Shown: in pieces, positions 40,406 to 54,489 of the stretch
Layout: each line of letters starts with the position of its first letter
Numbering within the stretch: position 1 is the first letter of the stretch
DNA from: Octopus bimaculoides
Lineage: Eukaryota
Reading direction: 5' to 3'
DNA length: 63,207 nt
Assembly: GCF_001194135.2 (NCBI RefSeq)
Contig: NC_068991.1
Location: 26,998,109-27,061,315, forward strand
The notes under the pieces: model-generated
Seen by the model: the letters and a program-made list of their open reading frames with translations, nothing else
What the model was told of the DNA's origin: nothing
Databases searched by the model: none
Translations under genes and position numbers: made by a program

Positions 40406-41110
40406 TTGGGTCTTACCATAAATAATGCAGTTTTTTTATACTTCTTTTATTTTACAAAACTAAGATAAACAATATTTTTTCTTAATCTAAAATATACTAT
40501 CCTACAAGGCCCCCTCTGCCAAAATGTATTTGTCTGAAACCTGACCGAAGTGACACCACTGGCCTTCCTTATTAGGATTGCGAAAATAGACCCATTTTTC
40601 ATTCCCAGTTAAAATTCGATGCCACAAACAAGCATCAGGAAGATTTCCCAAGTGTTGTTAGCAAATGTCCACGTTGTTGAGACTGACCAATGGTCAGTTC
40701 ATGATTAACTTCTCGACAGGATCTGTGCACCAAGCCGAGCTTTTGGGGGTATCAATTGATGATACTTTGTGAAAGACCAAGTTATTATGGCACTATACGA
40801 ATGCTTGTGCTTGATTGGTGTTCAACCAATTCAAGCAAGGCCTCATCTTCCACAACACAAGGTTTGTTGCGGGACTGTTTTACCTTCCTTAAAACGTCTG
40901 AACCAGATTTGTACCACACGTTTGCCTTCAATATCATTAAATCGTTTTTCTAGTGACCTTGCACACAATGCCTTTTGCACATTAGTATCAAATAGGTAAA
41001 TTTTTCCACCTTTCATTACCAAAACTGTAAAATACAGAATAAACAATTTATGTTTACATGTTATATATGAAAATAAAGAATACAAAATTCAATAGTAATG
41101 GGACAAGTTG
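40406..41110 (-). mobile_element. Mariner (Mos1/mellifera-like), internally deleted
   Basis: TIR TA|ttgggtcttaccataaataatgcagtttttt at 40404. Minus strand gives QIWFRRFKEG, EDEALLELVE and HRILTGNEKWVYFRN (IVTGDEKW-like). Confidence 0.8.
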
Positions 41111-42104
41111 GATCAAATTCATGACTAAACATAAAGAATCAAGTTGCCAAAGATCGTCAGTGAGAATGCGGACAAAACTTTGACTAAACAAGGTTGTAAT
41201 AGTAGTACTAATAGTAGTATTAGTAGTAGTAGTAGTTGTTGTTGTTGTAGTCAAAACCATAATTATATATATCATATCTATACATATGCGTGTGTATATA
41301 TATATATATATATATATNNNNNNNNNNNNNNNNNNNNNNNNNNNNNNNNNNNNNNNNNNNNNNNNNNNNNNNNNNNNNNNNNNNNNNNNNNNNNNNNNNN
41401 NNNNNNNNNNNNNNNNNNNNNNNNNNNNNNNNNNNNNNNNNNNNNNNNNNNNNNNNNNNNNNNNNNNNNNNNNNNNNNNNNNNNNNNNNNNNNNNNNNNN
41501 NNNNNNNNNNNNNNNNNNNNNNNNNNNNNNNNNNNNNNNNNNNNNNNNNNNNNNNNNNNNNNNNNNNNNNNNNNNNNNNNNNNNNNNNNNNNNNNNNNNN
41601 NNNNNNNNNNNNNNNNNNNNNNNNNNNNNNNNNNNNNNNNNNNNNNNNNNNNNNNNNNNNNNNNNNNNNNNNNNNNNNNNNNNNNNNNNNNNNNNNNNNN
41701 NNNNNNNNNNNNNNNNNNNNNNNNNNNNNNNNNNNNNNNNNNNNNNNNNNNNNNNNNNNNNNNNNNNNNNNNNNNNNNNNNNNNNNNNNNNNNNNNNNNN
41801 NNNNNNNNNNNNNNNNNNNNNNNNNNNNNNNNNNNNNNNNNNNNNNNNNNNNNNNNNNNNNNNNNNNNNNNNNNNNNNNNNNNNNNNNNNNNNNNNNNNN
41901 NNNNNNNNNNNNNNNNNNNNNNNNNNNNNNNNNNNNNNNNNNNNNNNNNNNNNNNNNNNNNNNNNNNNNNNNNNNNNNNNNNNNNNNNNNNNNNNNNNNN
42001 NNNNNNNNNNNNNNNNNNNNNNNNNNNNNNNNNNNNNNNNNNNNNNNNNNNNNNNNNNNNNNNNNNNNNNNNNNNNNNNNNNNNNNNNNNNNNNNNNNNN
42101 NNNN

Positions 42105-42236
42105 CTTTCTGTTGAAGAGCGTAGCTCGAAACGTTAAAGACTTTCCTTATTCCCGAGCGTCATACTAATACATCCTTTTGTTGTTTACACCACGTGTCCT
42201 CGTCTGTTGTTTTTTCTTTCGTACATTCTCCCTCCT
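42105..42236 (+). mobile_element. PLE-type terminal module with hammerhead-like motif, ending in (TA)n
   Basis: Homologous to the reverse complement of 18295-18420; 5' side hidden by an N-gap. Confidence 0.6.
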
Positions 42237-43357
42237 ATATATATATATATATATATATAATTGCAAATATATATAATATATAAATACATATTTATATATA
42301 TGCATATATTTCTATATGTATGTACATTTTTACACACCTACACATAAACACACATATATATGTCTATACACATATATGCTTATATCTGTGTTAGTGCATG
42401 TACCCATATGTACAATCGTTCAGCATGATTACCATAACTTGTCGGAAGGTAGAGTATGTTATTCTGGCAACAGAGATGTAAACATCATAAAGCATGTTAC
42501 ATATCTGATGAGATTAATAACGTTGATAAATATATATATGTATATCAAACGGATGTGTTATAACAATATTCCACATATACAAAAACGGCTATACGAACAA
42601 TCCAGCATACTTCCATCATCAGCTGCCCCACGGATATCATGTTACCACACCTGGGTAGCACCATTCACTCCGGCGATGTCAACAGCACTAAAATAGGTTT
42701 TGTGTGGGAACAAACATACCCCCAAAAAACTACATCTTTGAAACAAATTTACCCTATGTACAACAGTATTCAATCTAAATATAGGTAATATTAAAAACTA
42801 ACTTTAAAATTAACAACAACAGGAAACACATAAATGTTGGTTCATATGTATTTATTCTTGCTCCTGTGTATGCGTGTTTCTGATTTAATTGTTGATACAC
42901 TGAGCAGCATACTTTAGATAACGGAAATACACATATATTTTGAGTGATCGCAATGCAAAATAGGTCCAGCTGCCCTACTCTACGGTTATTCCATGGAATT
43001 AATAATTGATTCCATAATTCTATTAGATAACATATTGTCAATTGTTTCTCTGATATTAGAGAATATGGTATTACATTACAAACCTGATTAGAGAAAAAGT
43101 TAAATATTGCAACGTAAATTCAAATCGTTCTTCTATGTCTAAATACACGTTATATTCTATCAATCAGTTATTTCGTTTTCACATGAAATAGAAATAACAA
43201 TTTCCTTTGTATATTTAGAGACGTTGCAGTACTTTATTCGGCAGAATTATCAGAACATTTTAAAATGACTTGTCGTACGAGTGAATAAATTATGATCAGA
43301 TGAAATACTTAATAGATCAGATGTCTATCAATTAGCAAATTCAGGAATGTTTAATCT

Positions 43358-43745
43358 AAGAAAATGTAAAATATTGATTTCAAATTTTGGCACAAGCTCA
43401 GAGTTCGGTGTAGGGAGTAAGTTAGTTAGGTCGACCCAAATGTTCAACTGGTACTCATTTTATTGAACCCTAAAGGAATGAAAGACAAATCGACCTCGAA
43501 GAAAATGTAAAATATTGATTTCAAATTTTGGCACAAGCCCAGCAAGCTTGGAGTAGGGAGTAAGTTGGTTAGATCGACCCAAGTATTCAACTGGTATTCG
43601 TTTTATTGACCCCTAAATGAATGAAAAGCAAATCGACCTCGGCGAACGAACTCAGGGTGTAAAGTCGGACGCAACGTTGCTAAGCATTTTGCCCAGCGTG
43701 CTTACGATTCTGCCAGCCCGCCACCTTAAGAAAATGTAGAATATT
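43358..43745 (-). mobile_element. SINE family A: full copy (about 43517-43727) plus tandem partial copy, bounded by 18-bp direct repeats
   Basis: aagaaaatgtaaaatatt at 43358 and 43499; aagaaaatgtagaatatt at 43728. Minus-strand head ggtggcgggctggcagaatcgtaagcacg resembles a tRNA A-box. Confidence 0.88.
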
Positions 43746-46623
43746 AAAATGCATGATATAATCTAAAGAAGTTACACCGGGACAGAAAAATTACATTCAG
43801 ACAACGAGATGCTTTGTATTTTGACAACAAATAGTGATAGCAGCCAAACTATGTCTCCCTTACTGATTTAACAATACGGAAGGATGCATATAGATAATGT
43901 AATCTGGATACATTGTACAAATAATAATTAAAAAAATGAAAGATCGCACCTAGAATAACTTTGACCAGACCTCTACACAATGATGGTTGTCGAAGGGCTA
44001 AACACTATTGATCTAAATTTAAGCTCATCGGCTCTTCGTTACTTGCATCGTCGCTGGTAGAGAGATTAATCAGAGATATGAAAGTACAAATAAGGCTAAT
44101 GAGTTGTTTAACTTACATTGGCTATTGCTCTGCAAGCCAGCAAATTCTATGTATTGACTATAAATAAGCCTTGATATCACAAATATATAAAAATAACGAT
44201 GCAGCCGTGACCATGTCTTCTTATTGCAAAGCATATATTAATTTCAAACTACATAAGATACACTTAGTAAATGTTGTTCTCTTTTGTTCCATATGGTCTT
44301 TAATACCTCATCTAATTTTCCATAAGTAGATCAGCTAGTGTTTGTCTTTTTCTTTAAAACAAACGTTGTGATTTGACAGGTGATATGCCTACAGAAAACA
44401 TCATTGTTTCATCAAAATCCAAATTCACTTTTCATGCAGCATATGCAAATATTGTTGTTCTTTCGTGTATTTTAATTAAATTAAACCTTGATATAAATCT
44501 GTCGATTACGTCAGAATATCTGAAACGGTGTGAGAATCAATTTGGCTCGAAGTTTAGGATTCCTCAAAAGAAGATCACTTTCAGTCATTGAAGTTCAACG
44601 GTATATACAATGCTCTTCTTTACTGCACAAGTCGATACTTTTGACTACACAACTGGTACATTATTTTGTCAACTACGACATTTTGTCAGATCACGCCATT
44701 TGAATTCAAATTTGAAAAGCTTGCAAAGCTCACAGCTTTTATAGAAACCGCAGGGAATATAATCGCAAGGGCCTTTTATGTGTGTGTGAATGTATATGTG
44801 TGTGTATGTATGTGTGCATGCGTCTGTGCGTGAATGTGTGTGTGTATGTGTGTACACATAGATTTATGCATGTCATTGAAAAAGAAACTGAAAATCTGCA
44901 ATTTTCCCGTGAATATTGCTTCACTGGAAATTGTAGTAATGCTGTAGGAGATGTTTATGCTGAGTTCATACAAATCAAATTTATAATGATTCAAATGCTG
45001 TGAGTGAGTAAAATACAGATTTAGTCCCTCAAGCTGCGAATGTTATTCCAAATTCTCAAAGTGAAGAATGCAAATTGACAATTCCTGCAGGAATTCTTAC
45101 AGGAACGAATACTTCGAGAGGTATTAGATGCAGTTCTAGAATTACAAAAGAAATGTAGCCAATTCGTTTCCTGGAGATACGATGCCTTTGTTATGTTTAT
45201 ATTATAGTAGTATAGCTTACATTTTACATGCTTCCGCGTAATCAAGTCTATGTAAGATGGCTTCCAAGATGTATGTTGTGGGGTCGCGTATTCAGTTGAA
45301 TAAAGCTCTAGCACAAAAGGCCACATGTTATTGCGGCTTTATTTGAATGAAATGGGTAGAACATGATATCACCTATATCATTTAAATTCTATTTATCAAA
45401 TCCTTTATATATATCCTGCTGCTCAAATCTGTTGTGCAGGGCACTGTACATTGTATTAATAAATTGACAAATACGTTGTGTTGCGTACGATCAACAATGC
45501 ATTGTACTATGTGTAATATGCAGTGAATATTATGCAGTGAATATTATGCAGTGTGCAGATTTTGAGATGAAGAAACCGATCAAACAAATGCTATAAGAAA
45601 AGACTACAAATACATTAAAGGATTTGTTTGGTAAGAAATGTTCATAAATGTGTGCACGTTATTAATTTAAGTTTCTAACCAGCTTCAATCAAACAGATGT
45701 TCTGTCTACGATAATATTTATTTTTATCTCCAGGTCGGCTCTGATCAGGCAGACCTATAATAAAAATCATCGAACTTATGACCTTATTGTCATGTATCTA
45801 AACTAATTATGAGATCAACCTCATCGACTGATTTTCTCACTGTAAGTGTTAAAATGCAATATGACTATTGATTCTAGCAGATTGATCAAGTGTGCAATGT
45901 CAACGTTGTTGGCTTGGATGCACGCAAATCCCTGCTGCTGGAATCAGTGACGCATTGTACAAAATATATAGTCGTACTTTGTTTATCGCATTCCGTTTCA
46001 AGTTCTAATACCGTATAGATCGACATGGTCATTCATTCTCCGTAAGCCATATCAGTCCCAGTCTGTACAGAAGGATCCCATTTCAGTGGAATGTTTGTAT
46101 GTATGTTCTGGATACCGATGGTTGACAGAAAATAAAATAAGGTGATCGTTTGATAAAATGCATTCAGTTATCGATTAAATAACTTCGCGGCCCAAGTTCA
46201 TATCCTACACCTCTCGACTTTGTTATCCTTTCGACGCTGATACAAAAATATCATTCTAGTATTGAAATCGATACTATTCATTTTAATGTTGATGACTGTG
46301 TCCCAGCATGATTAAACTTAAATCTCTTAAATAAACATAGTATACCGATCCTCATGTAAATTCACTTCCTCTTTTGAAATTACATAATTTTGAATGTTTG
46401 TATATGGATCGAGCTATATCCAAGAAATATAATGTACCCATATTAAACGTGTCTTTGTTGAGATCATATAGATATACAAGTCATAAAAGTCAGCACAAAC
46501 GATGTTCAATGAGTTACTTTAGATTAAGAAGATATAGTAAAAATAATAATAATAATGATAATTTTAAATATATACATGTACACACACATACACATGTGTA
46601 TGTGTCGTGTGTCGTGTGTGTGT

Positions 46624-46658
<35 letters not shown>

Positions 46659-47952
46659 CGCGTGTGTGAGAGAGAGAGAGAGTGTGTGTCAGCTGCTTTT
46701 TTAACCAAAATTGTTTCAAATTAAACCCTTCTTAGAACTGCATAAAAAGTCTTAAAGAAAATACGTAGATTTTAAAACAAAATGAAAGGGAAAATAAACG
46801 AACACAGATAAAAGAACAATATTACATAGGATCAGGAACAGATTAAATCTGATTTAATTTTTTAAAAACTCAAGAAATATATAACATCAACAACAACAGC
46901 TGCAGCAAAAACGACAACAATAATAATACTTGGAAGAAATAATGGAAAGCGAATTGAAAGAAATTAATAAAAATAAGAACAGATAAATGGCCCAACCCAC
47001 TTGTTATCAATGTTTTCTTAAATCTCTTTATTATAAGACTTTTATCAATATTATATAATCCCTGCTAAAATTGCAACGATATCTAAAAAAACATGTTCAT
47101 TTTTATTCTATCTTGATGCTATTTATGCTTTAAAATTTTCCCCTATTTCAGGGGTTTTGCTTTGAATGCTAATATTTCTTTAATTATGTTGTCTTTAGCA
47201 GTTTCTGCTCTCATATTTTTTCGTTAATAATCCATATTGACATGTAAAACAATTTTAGACTAAAGGTTTTTTACATTACTTTTACTATCATTTATGTCAT
47301 GTAGAGAGAAAGGGGCTGAAAGAAACAGAACTGGTTATAAATATTTAGAAAAATGAATTCCTTGCCATTTCTACTTCCTTTCTCTCAGTTCTTTACTTGA
47401 TCACACTATGTACGGAATCAAACGTGTTTCTGTGAGTGCGCAATTTTTTTCAGTTTCACTGTGTGAACTGAATCTGTCGTTAAACCACAGGTTCTCTCTC
47501 AGCAGGACAAACCCCAGAACACCTCAACTAATTTGTGCCATCTAGTCAAGTGTACTCTACCTATGGTAGTCGTATAAAGACGGTACAGTTTAGAAATAAG
47601 GAAAACAAAATTACTGCTCCGTTAACCGTATTTGTTTTAGTGTAATAACATTCGAAACAAAGAGCTATATCTATTTTATTCAGCATATAAGCAGATGTAA
47701 CCAATCGATTTCTTTACACCCTTACAATAGGTGAGATACAAAACGAGTCCCTGTCGATATTTAAAGAGGGCGCCCAGTAATTGATCACATCCCACAACAT
47801 GACTGGAGTGAATCCGGTTGATCACTCTTCCTCTATCCAGGAAACTACTGTATAAACAAATGTGATGCTTACGTTTAAACTCCACTAAAAATTCTCCCTC
47901 CCTTTCTTTCTTGCTTTACACTCACACACTCCCTAACACACACATATATTTA

Positions 47953-47992
<40 letters not shown>

Positions 47993-48579
47993 CTTATCGG
48001 TAAAACCATTTATCATCATACATATATATATACGTGCTCTGATCAGTAAGTATCCGTATTGTTGCCATACTAACGACGTTAAAGCACGGAGAGTAAAGCC
48101 GCTTGGCACAGATTGACCTTAAACTCTGTAAAACGTTCTAACCCACTTCTGCTGTTTACAGCAGTGCTTAGAAAGGTGTGTAGCGTGTGTAACAACCAGC
48201 ACTGTTTCAACTGAGCCAGATCCATTGAATACCAACACGTTTATTTTGCTCATCATGTAGTTCGGCAAAAACATTGTTGCTTTATATTTCACCAAAGCCG
48301 TCGGCCATGTCTGTGTTGCGGATCAGATTTTCTAGCTCCACTCTCAGCTCCTCTCTTAACTCTAGTGTTAGTTCTACTCGTAGCTCCAATCTTACCTCCA
48401 CACTTCTCTTATCACTTAGATCGGTAACTGCCCTTCAGATTGCACAGTCATGGCATTCTGTTCTATTCAAATTCATCTCTTGACTCCCTCAATACACGGT
48501 TTTGTTCTCAACACATTTCCATCTGTTGAGCAATGATCTACTTATCGCCAATCGAGCAGTACCCACTCTTCGGAAGAGA

Positions 48580-48649
48580 ATATTATCTTTTCTTTTACTT
48601 GTTCCAGTCACTAGACTCCGGCCATAATACGGAACCACCTAGAAGAATC

Positions 48650-48698
<49 letters not shown>

Positions 48699-49070
48699 TG
48701 TGCCTCGGTGTTTGTGTGTGTTTGTGTTTATATCCCAGTTATGTTTGTATTGATGAGTGGAGAACATGGTAATACATGCTGACCATAAAATTTTTAATAG
48801 TATACAATTAAAGCCTGTTTTTTATTGAAGGAATTTCTCCTAGCTCCATTACCTCCAAGTCGACGCGTGGTTATACTTATTGAAGTAGTTTGACTTTAGA
48901 GTACCATTAAATCGTGTGGCATTTACTATACGATGGACTTCTTTCAATTTCCGTCTAACACATCCATTCACGAGGCTTCAGTTGGCCCGAGGTTAAAATA
49001 GAAGACACTTGCGCAAGGTGCAACGGATACGGATTGAATTTTGAACCATGTAGTTTTTTTACAGAACTTA
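48580..49070 (-). mobile_element. SINE family B, reverse orientation, with interrupted middle
   Basis: Tail at 48580-48640 (rc tggccggagtctagtgactggaacaagtaaaag); head at 48920-49060 (rc caccttgcgcaagtgtcttcta...gacggaaattgaaagaag). Confidence 0.7.
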
Positions 49071-49559
49071 GACTGCATGCCGAAGAACACTCTTCTTTTC
49101 ATCGACAGGAAACATTTCAGCTCACAACAGTTTCTGACAGTTTATATGGTTCAAATGAAGACAACCACGATGTACTGCTCCCATAGTTGAGACTTTTCTG
49201 CTGCTAAACAGACAAATAAAGTGAAAGGTCACTCGAAAGATTGTCGTTATAATCACTAACAAACACATTTCAACCTCCGTTCCACAGGCGAGCTGTCTCC
49301 TTTCACTGTCTCGTACATGATTATAATAATGAATGTTAGATGTTGTTGGTTGGTAAGACACGCAAACCATTCGTCCTCCATTTTGTGTCGAACCCTCCCA
49401 GATTAGATCGTTAATCTAGTCCTTCGGAAGTTCGACCCACTGGACATTTTGCCGACCTATGTCAAGCCTGCAAGTGTTAGCGTACAATGTTTGAAACGAT
49501 TCATTATGGGCATTGAGTTTATCGGTCTTAGACAACGTACAAAATGTATGGGAACAATG

Positions 49560-49720
49560 GCATTCTCCTTCCTTCAAAATCATCTAGTTCAATAAATAAG
49601 TAACTGCAGGAACTGTAGAAATTGTGAAAGAAATTTACTCAAAATAATTCAAAATAACACGACGTTGAATCGAACTTGGAACCTAGTGATTACGAAACAG
49701 ACTTCATAACATTTGGTTAT
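49560..49720 (-). mobile_element. Degenerate SINE head, probably family C
   Basis: rc cgtaatcactaggttccaagttcgattc (B-box-like) followed by a decayed core. Confidence 0.4.
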
Positions 49721-52379
49721 GTCTCAAGCTGTAAAGAATGATTTATGGTCAGGGAAAACTATTCATTATTTTCTCTGATAGACAATAAATAAAAATAATA
49801 AAATAATGTTATAATATAGTGCTAACAAAGACCACGAAGTTGGATGATGATAATTTGCTGTTTGCATAACAGATGACATTTATTGGTTAGTGAAAATAAA
49901 ATTCAGTAATTTTCACTCCATCCTTAATATTATTAACGGAGTGATACGGAATATAAGCTAAAACCGAGGTACGGATATATCTCAGTAGGAGTAGCTACTA
50001 TTTCATTCACACATTTTATATGACGAAGTGGAAGAGAGTTATAAGGATTTCAAACACAAGTTATTTCAAAAGAGTGTTAATTGAAAATGTTGATTTATTT
50101 GTTTGGAAACACCAGAGGATAGAGAATAGCTTTAAGTGATAGGAAAGGAAAGCATAAAATATTTAAAGGAAAGTGTATATTTAGTGATGAAGATTTATGC
50201 TAAACTCAGAAAGTTTAACACCAAAATGTTGCTAAAAATATACGTACCCCTTGATAAATATATAAATGTAGATGGCATGGTTCATGAAATACGGATCTTC
50301 GGCCTCGAATTTCGCACACATCTAGATGTGTATATTATATATTTCTCTTGTTCACGCCTTTAAATAATCTCAGTAGAATTGGAATAATCCTGAGTGTTTA
50401 GAACAAAATACCTAGCACGATTCTTGTGTCTGTCTGCGCTATATCAAAGTATGTCAAGCCCAATGTTGGAGCCAAATTAATTGGAGCAAAATAAATTGCC
50501 AAATGCGAATGGTGAATTGGTGTAATTCTCAGATCATCTGACGGGATACTTCTTGGTATTACTTCTGACTGTGTCAGTTCTGAGTTCTAAATTTATTTAT
50601 AGACGTGGAATCTACCATTAATCACCACATGAATGTCGTAGGCGTAGAATTCTAATTAATCTTACTGTAGATATTCTCTGATGTATATTTACTACCAGAT
50701 AGTATATGATATGTGTGTTTGTGCAATTGTGTGTGCTCGTGTGTATGTATAGATATGTTATATGCAATCAGGCATCACGTGGCTTGTTACATCAGATAAT
50801 GAAGAAAATTGTTGACCCAAAATGGTTCGTTTCCCATTCAATTAATGATGTTTTCTTTGCTTTCTTTATAGATTAATACGAAGAGGTGGATTTATGCACT
50901 TGTTTATAATATATCTTACGAGCGACTTTAGGCTCTCTGAGTGTGGGCATTTCATAATTAGAAATATGCGGTATCCTCATTCCGCAATGATTTGTCCATC
51001 ATCTGTGGGTCCAGAAAGTTTAAGTAATCAGTGTTCCGTAATCAATGAAGACCACGATTAGCAAAGCTGATCTTCAGCAAGAGGTGTAGTCACATAGGGA
51101 ACGGGCAGTTGACTAGATAGTTGCCGCTTAACTTCGTATTATATGAGACTGAAACTATGGATTAGCACCTTTTTATTAGTGCTGATGTGTGATATGCTAC
51201 AAACACCACAACAAGTTTTTTTTACCTATAGTTGTATCTCTGTGCCACTCAATCATACTTGCTTGGCACCGACATTAGGACCATAATAAGTAAGAAAGAA
51301 CTAAACGTACATCAGACTCACTCTCGCGTTCTCACACGATATTTCCATTTGCAAGATAAATTCAAAGCAACTCAATCTGTATGAGATAGAAAGTCTATCA
51401 CAATTACTGAAGGGAACTATAAACCTCGCTGTATCTTCTAATTTGATATGACCATAAACCAACATTTCAGTCGTTTGCCGCGCATCGTATCTTTAATCCA
51501 GCGTGTCCGTATGTCACACCCATCGGCCTGTAATCACCAGTGTTCAAGTTGTAGATATGTCTATCTATTTTCCCATGCTTCACTTAACTGCAGTTAAAAC
51601 AAGTTTTTATGTATGTACAAACATTTCATCTTCCTGAAAAAAAATTACTGGAAGACCATTGACTCCTCTGCGTTCATCATTTTTTTGACAATACATATCT
51701 TTCATCAGTCGAGTATAAAAAATCATAATGCTCTCCAAGCTAGCTTAATAGAATTACAAGGTTATACGTAGACGAGCCAACCAAGTTATCAAGTTGTACT
51801 GAGTTACATTTCACCTGTAATACTCTTTCCACACCCTCGCATGATACCCTATTTAGGTATATACAAGTATACGTATTTTGCGTGTGAGTGAATTTTGGTG
51901 TGTACAAATATATATATAGATAGATGTGTATATACATATATACATACTTGCATACATGCATACGTGTATGTGTATCTATGTATGTACGTGTGTCTATAAA
52001 CACTTGAAGGCAAAGTGATTTACAATGATAAAGAGAGGATTGGGGTCAATGTGATTCTGTGGCAAAGGAAATCTATTTCTACGCCACACATTGATGACGT
52101 ACGTGTGAGAAAAAGGAAATCGATAGCCTAAATTTAACATTGCTGACTCTAAATATATGAGTACTTATGCTATTTTTATCTAAGAAACTTTTTAAATATC
52201 GAGGATTAACTTTCCGTTGTAGCATTAGAGAAGATCAATAGTTGGGTGGGTTTTAAATAATGATGATTAATGAACAAACATACAGAGATCGCGTTTTATT
52301 TTCGAAGTGTAACGGAAAATTATTTCCTGTTTTTAAATGATTTCGTTGTTTCTCTTTGAAATACATACAGATGTACTTA

Positions 52380-52865
52380 GGTATGTAGGTATGTATGTAT
52401 GTATGTATGTACGTACTATGTATGTATGTATGTATGTATGTATGTATGCATGCATGTATGTATGTATACATGTATGCATGTGTGTGTATGTATGTATACA
52501 TGTATGTGTGCATGTAGTACTATGTACGTATGTATGTATACATGCATGTGTATATGTGCATAAGTATGTATACATGCACGTGTGTTTGTACGCATGTATA
52601 TATACGTACGTATGTAATATGTATGTACGTATGTAAACGTACATGCATGTATGTAAATAAGTATGTATGTATGCATGCATGTAAGTCTGTCTGTACGCAT
52701 GCATATATACACGTCCGGACATATGTATATATGTTTGTATGTGTGTATGTTTGTTTTTTGTATGGGTGTATATATGATTGTATGTTTGTATGTATGTATG
52801 AACGTACGTACGTAGGTATGTACGTATATGTGTTTGTTTGTATGTAGGTACATATGTATGTTTAC
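52380..52865. repeat. Degenerate (TATG)n tetranucleotide array
   Basis: Directly visible; source of the MYV/HTYI ORFs. Confidence 0.93.
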
Positions 52866-53146
52866 GTATTTTGTTACAGAAATTACTCTTTCTTTGGAGA
52901 AAGGCATGTTGTACAATTAGAGATTATATAGATTTGAGAAGTTAAGAGATGGTTTCGTTGATTTAATTAAACTTTTAAAATTGTGGAAACATTATAAGTG
53001 ACATGTCGTTACTCAGTGATACGTTGGACTTGATAAGGCTACGCTCATCATCGTTAGTCTAAAAAAAATCAATAGTAATATTTTAGTGAATTATCTGTTT
53101 AGAATAATATAATAAGGTAAAAAAGATATTTATAAGGAACTAACGC

Positions 53147-53608
53147 AGGCGCAGGCATGGATGTGTGGTAAGAAGTTTGCTCTGCAGCCACAGGATTTCG
53201 GTTTCACTCCCACAGCGGGACATCTTGCGAAATTGTCATCTACTAAAGACTCGGGCCGATCAAAGCCTTGTGACTGGATTTCGCACACGGAGACTGAAGG
53301 TAGCCCGTTGTGTGTGTGTGCGTGTATGTGTGTGTGCGTGTTTGTGTGTATTTAGGTGTTACGTGTATGTGCACCCATCTTTGCGTTTGTGTTTGTCCTC
53401 CGCCCTCGCCGCTTTACGACAAGTGTTAGTGTGTTTACGTCCACGTAATTAAGTGGTTCGGCAAAAGAAAAAGATAGAATAAGTACCAGGTTTTAAAAAT
53501 ATAGAATAGTATTCTAGGGTCGATTAGTTCAAAATTCCAGAAGACGTTGCCACAGTATGGCCGCAGTTAAATAACTAAAACAAGTAAAAGGAAAATGATA
53601 AAAGATAG
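53147..53608 (+). mobile_element. SINE family B
   Basis: aggcgcaggcatggatgtgtggtaagaag...gggccgatcaaagccttgtga...gtatggccgcagttaaataactaaaacaagtaaaag, colinear with 31682-32021. Confidence 0.85.
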
Positions 53609-54489
53609 CATCCCAAGTCCGTTGCGTGAAATAATGAAACACGTTGTAGTTAAATGCTAAGAATCAGCAAAGCTAGACGAGTTACAATTAAACTATTGTA
53701 GATTGGTTCCTACAGCGTCTGAATGCCGTATGATAACCATCAATAGAGGTATGAACTATGTACACATATTTAAGCGAAATTGATATCATGAGACAATAGA
53801 GAACTAAATCCAGTAGAAATAATTCCTATCATATTCATATAAAAGTCCAGAGCTGCAAGAGATATTCATCTGAACAAAGACTAGATGACAGTATGTTCAT
53901 CATTAAAATAAATGTTTGTGAANNNNNNNNNNNNNNNNNNNNNNNNNNNNNNNNNNNNNNNNNNNNNNNNNNNNNNNNNNNNNNNNNNNNNNNNNNNNNN
54001 NNNNNNNNNNNNNNNNNNNNNNNNNNNNNNNNNNNNNNNNNNNNNNNNNNNNNNNNNNNNNNNNNNNNNNNNNNNNNNNNNNNNNNNNNNNNNNNNNNNN
54101 NNNNNNNNNNNNNNNNNNNNNNNNNNNNNNNNNNNNNNNNNNNNNNNNNNNNNNNNNNNNNNNNNNNNNNNNNNNNNNNNNNNNNNNNNNNNNNNNNNNN
54201 NNNNNNNNNNNNNNNNNNNNNNNNNNNNNNNNNNNNNNNNNNNNNNNNNNNNNNNNNNNNNNNNNNNNNNNNNNNNNNNNNNNNNNNNNNNNNNNNNNNN
54301 NNNNNNNNNNNNNNNNNNNNNNNNNNNNNNNNNNNNNNNNNNNNNNNGGTGGTGGTGGTGGTGGTGATGGTAGTAATAGTAGTAGTAGTGGTGGTAGTGG
54401 CGATGGTGGTAGTGGTGATGGTGGTAGTGGTGGTGGTGGTGGTGGTGGTATTATATGCCCCTATTTTATCAAAAGTACTAACACACGTT

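Noticed and set aside
50980-51300. Possible RTE-like remnant on the minus strand
   Set aside because: Similarity too weak to support by eye.
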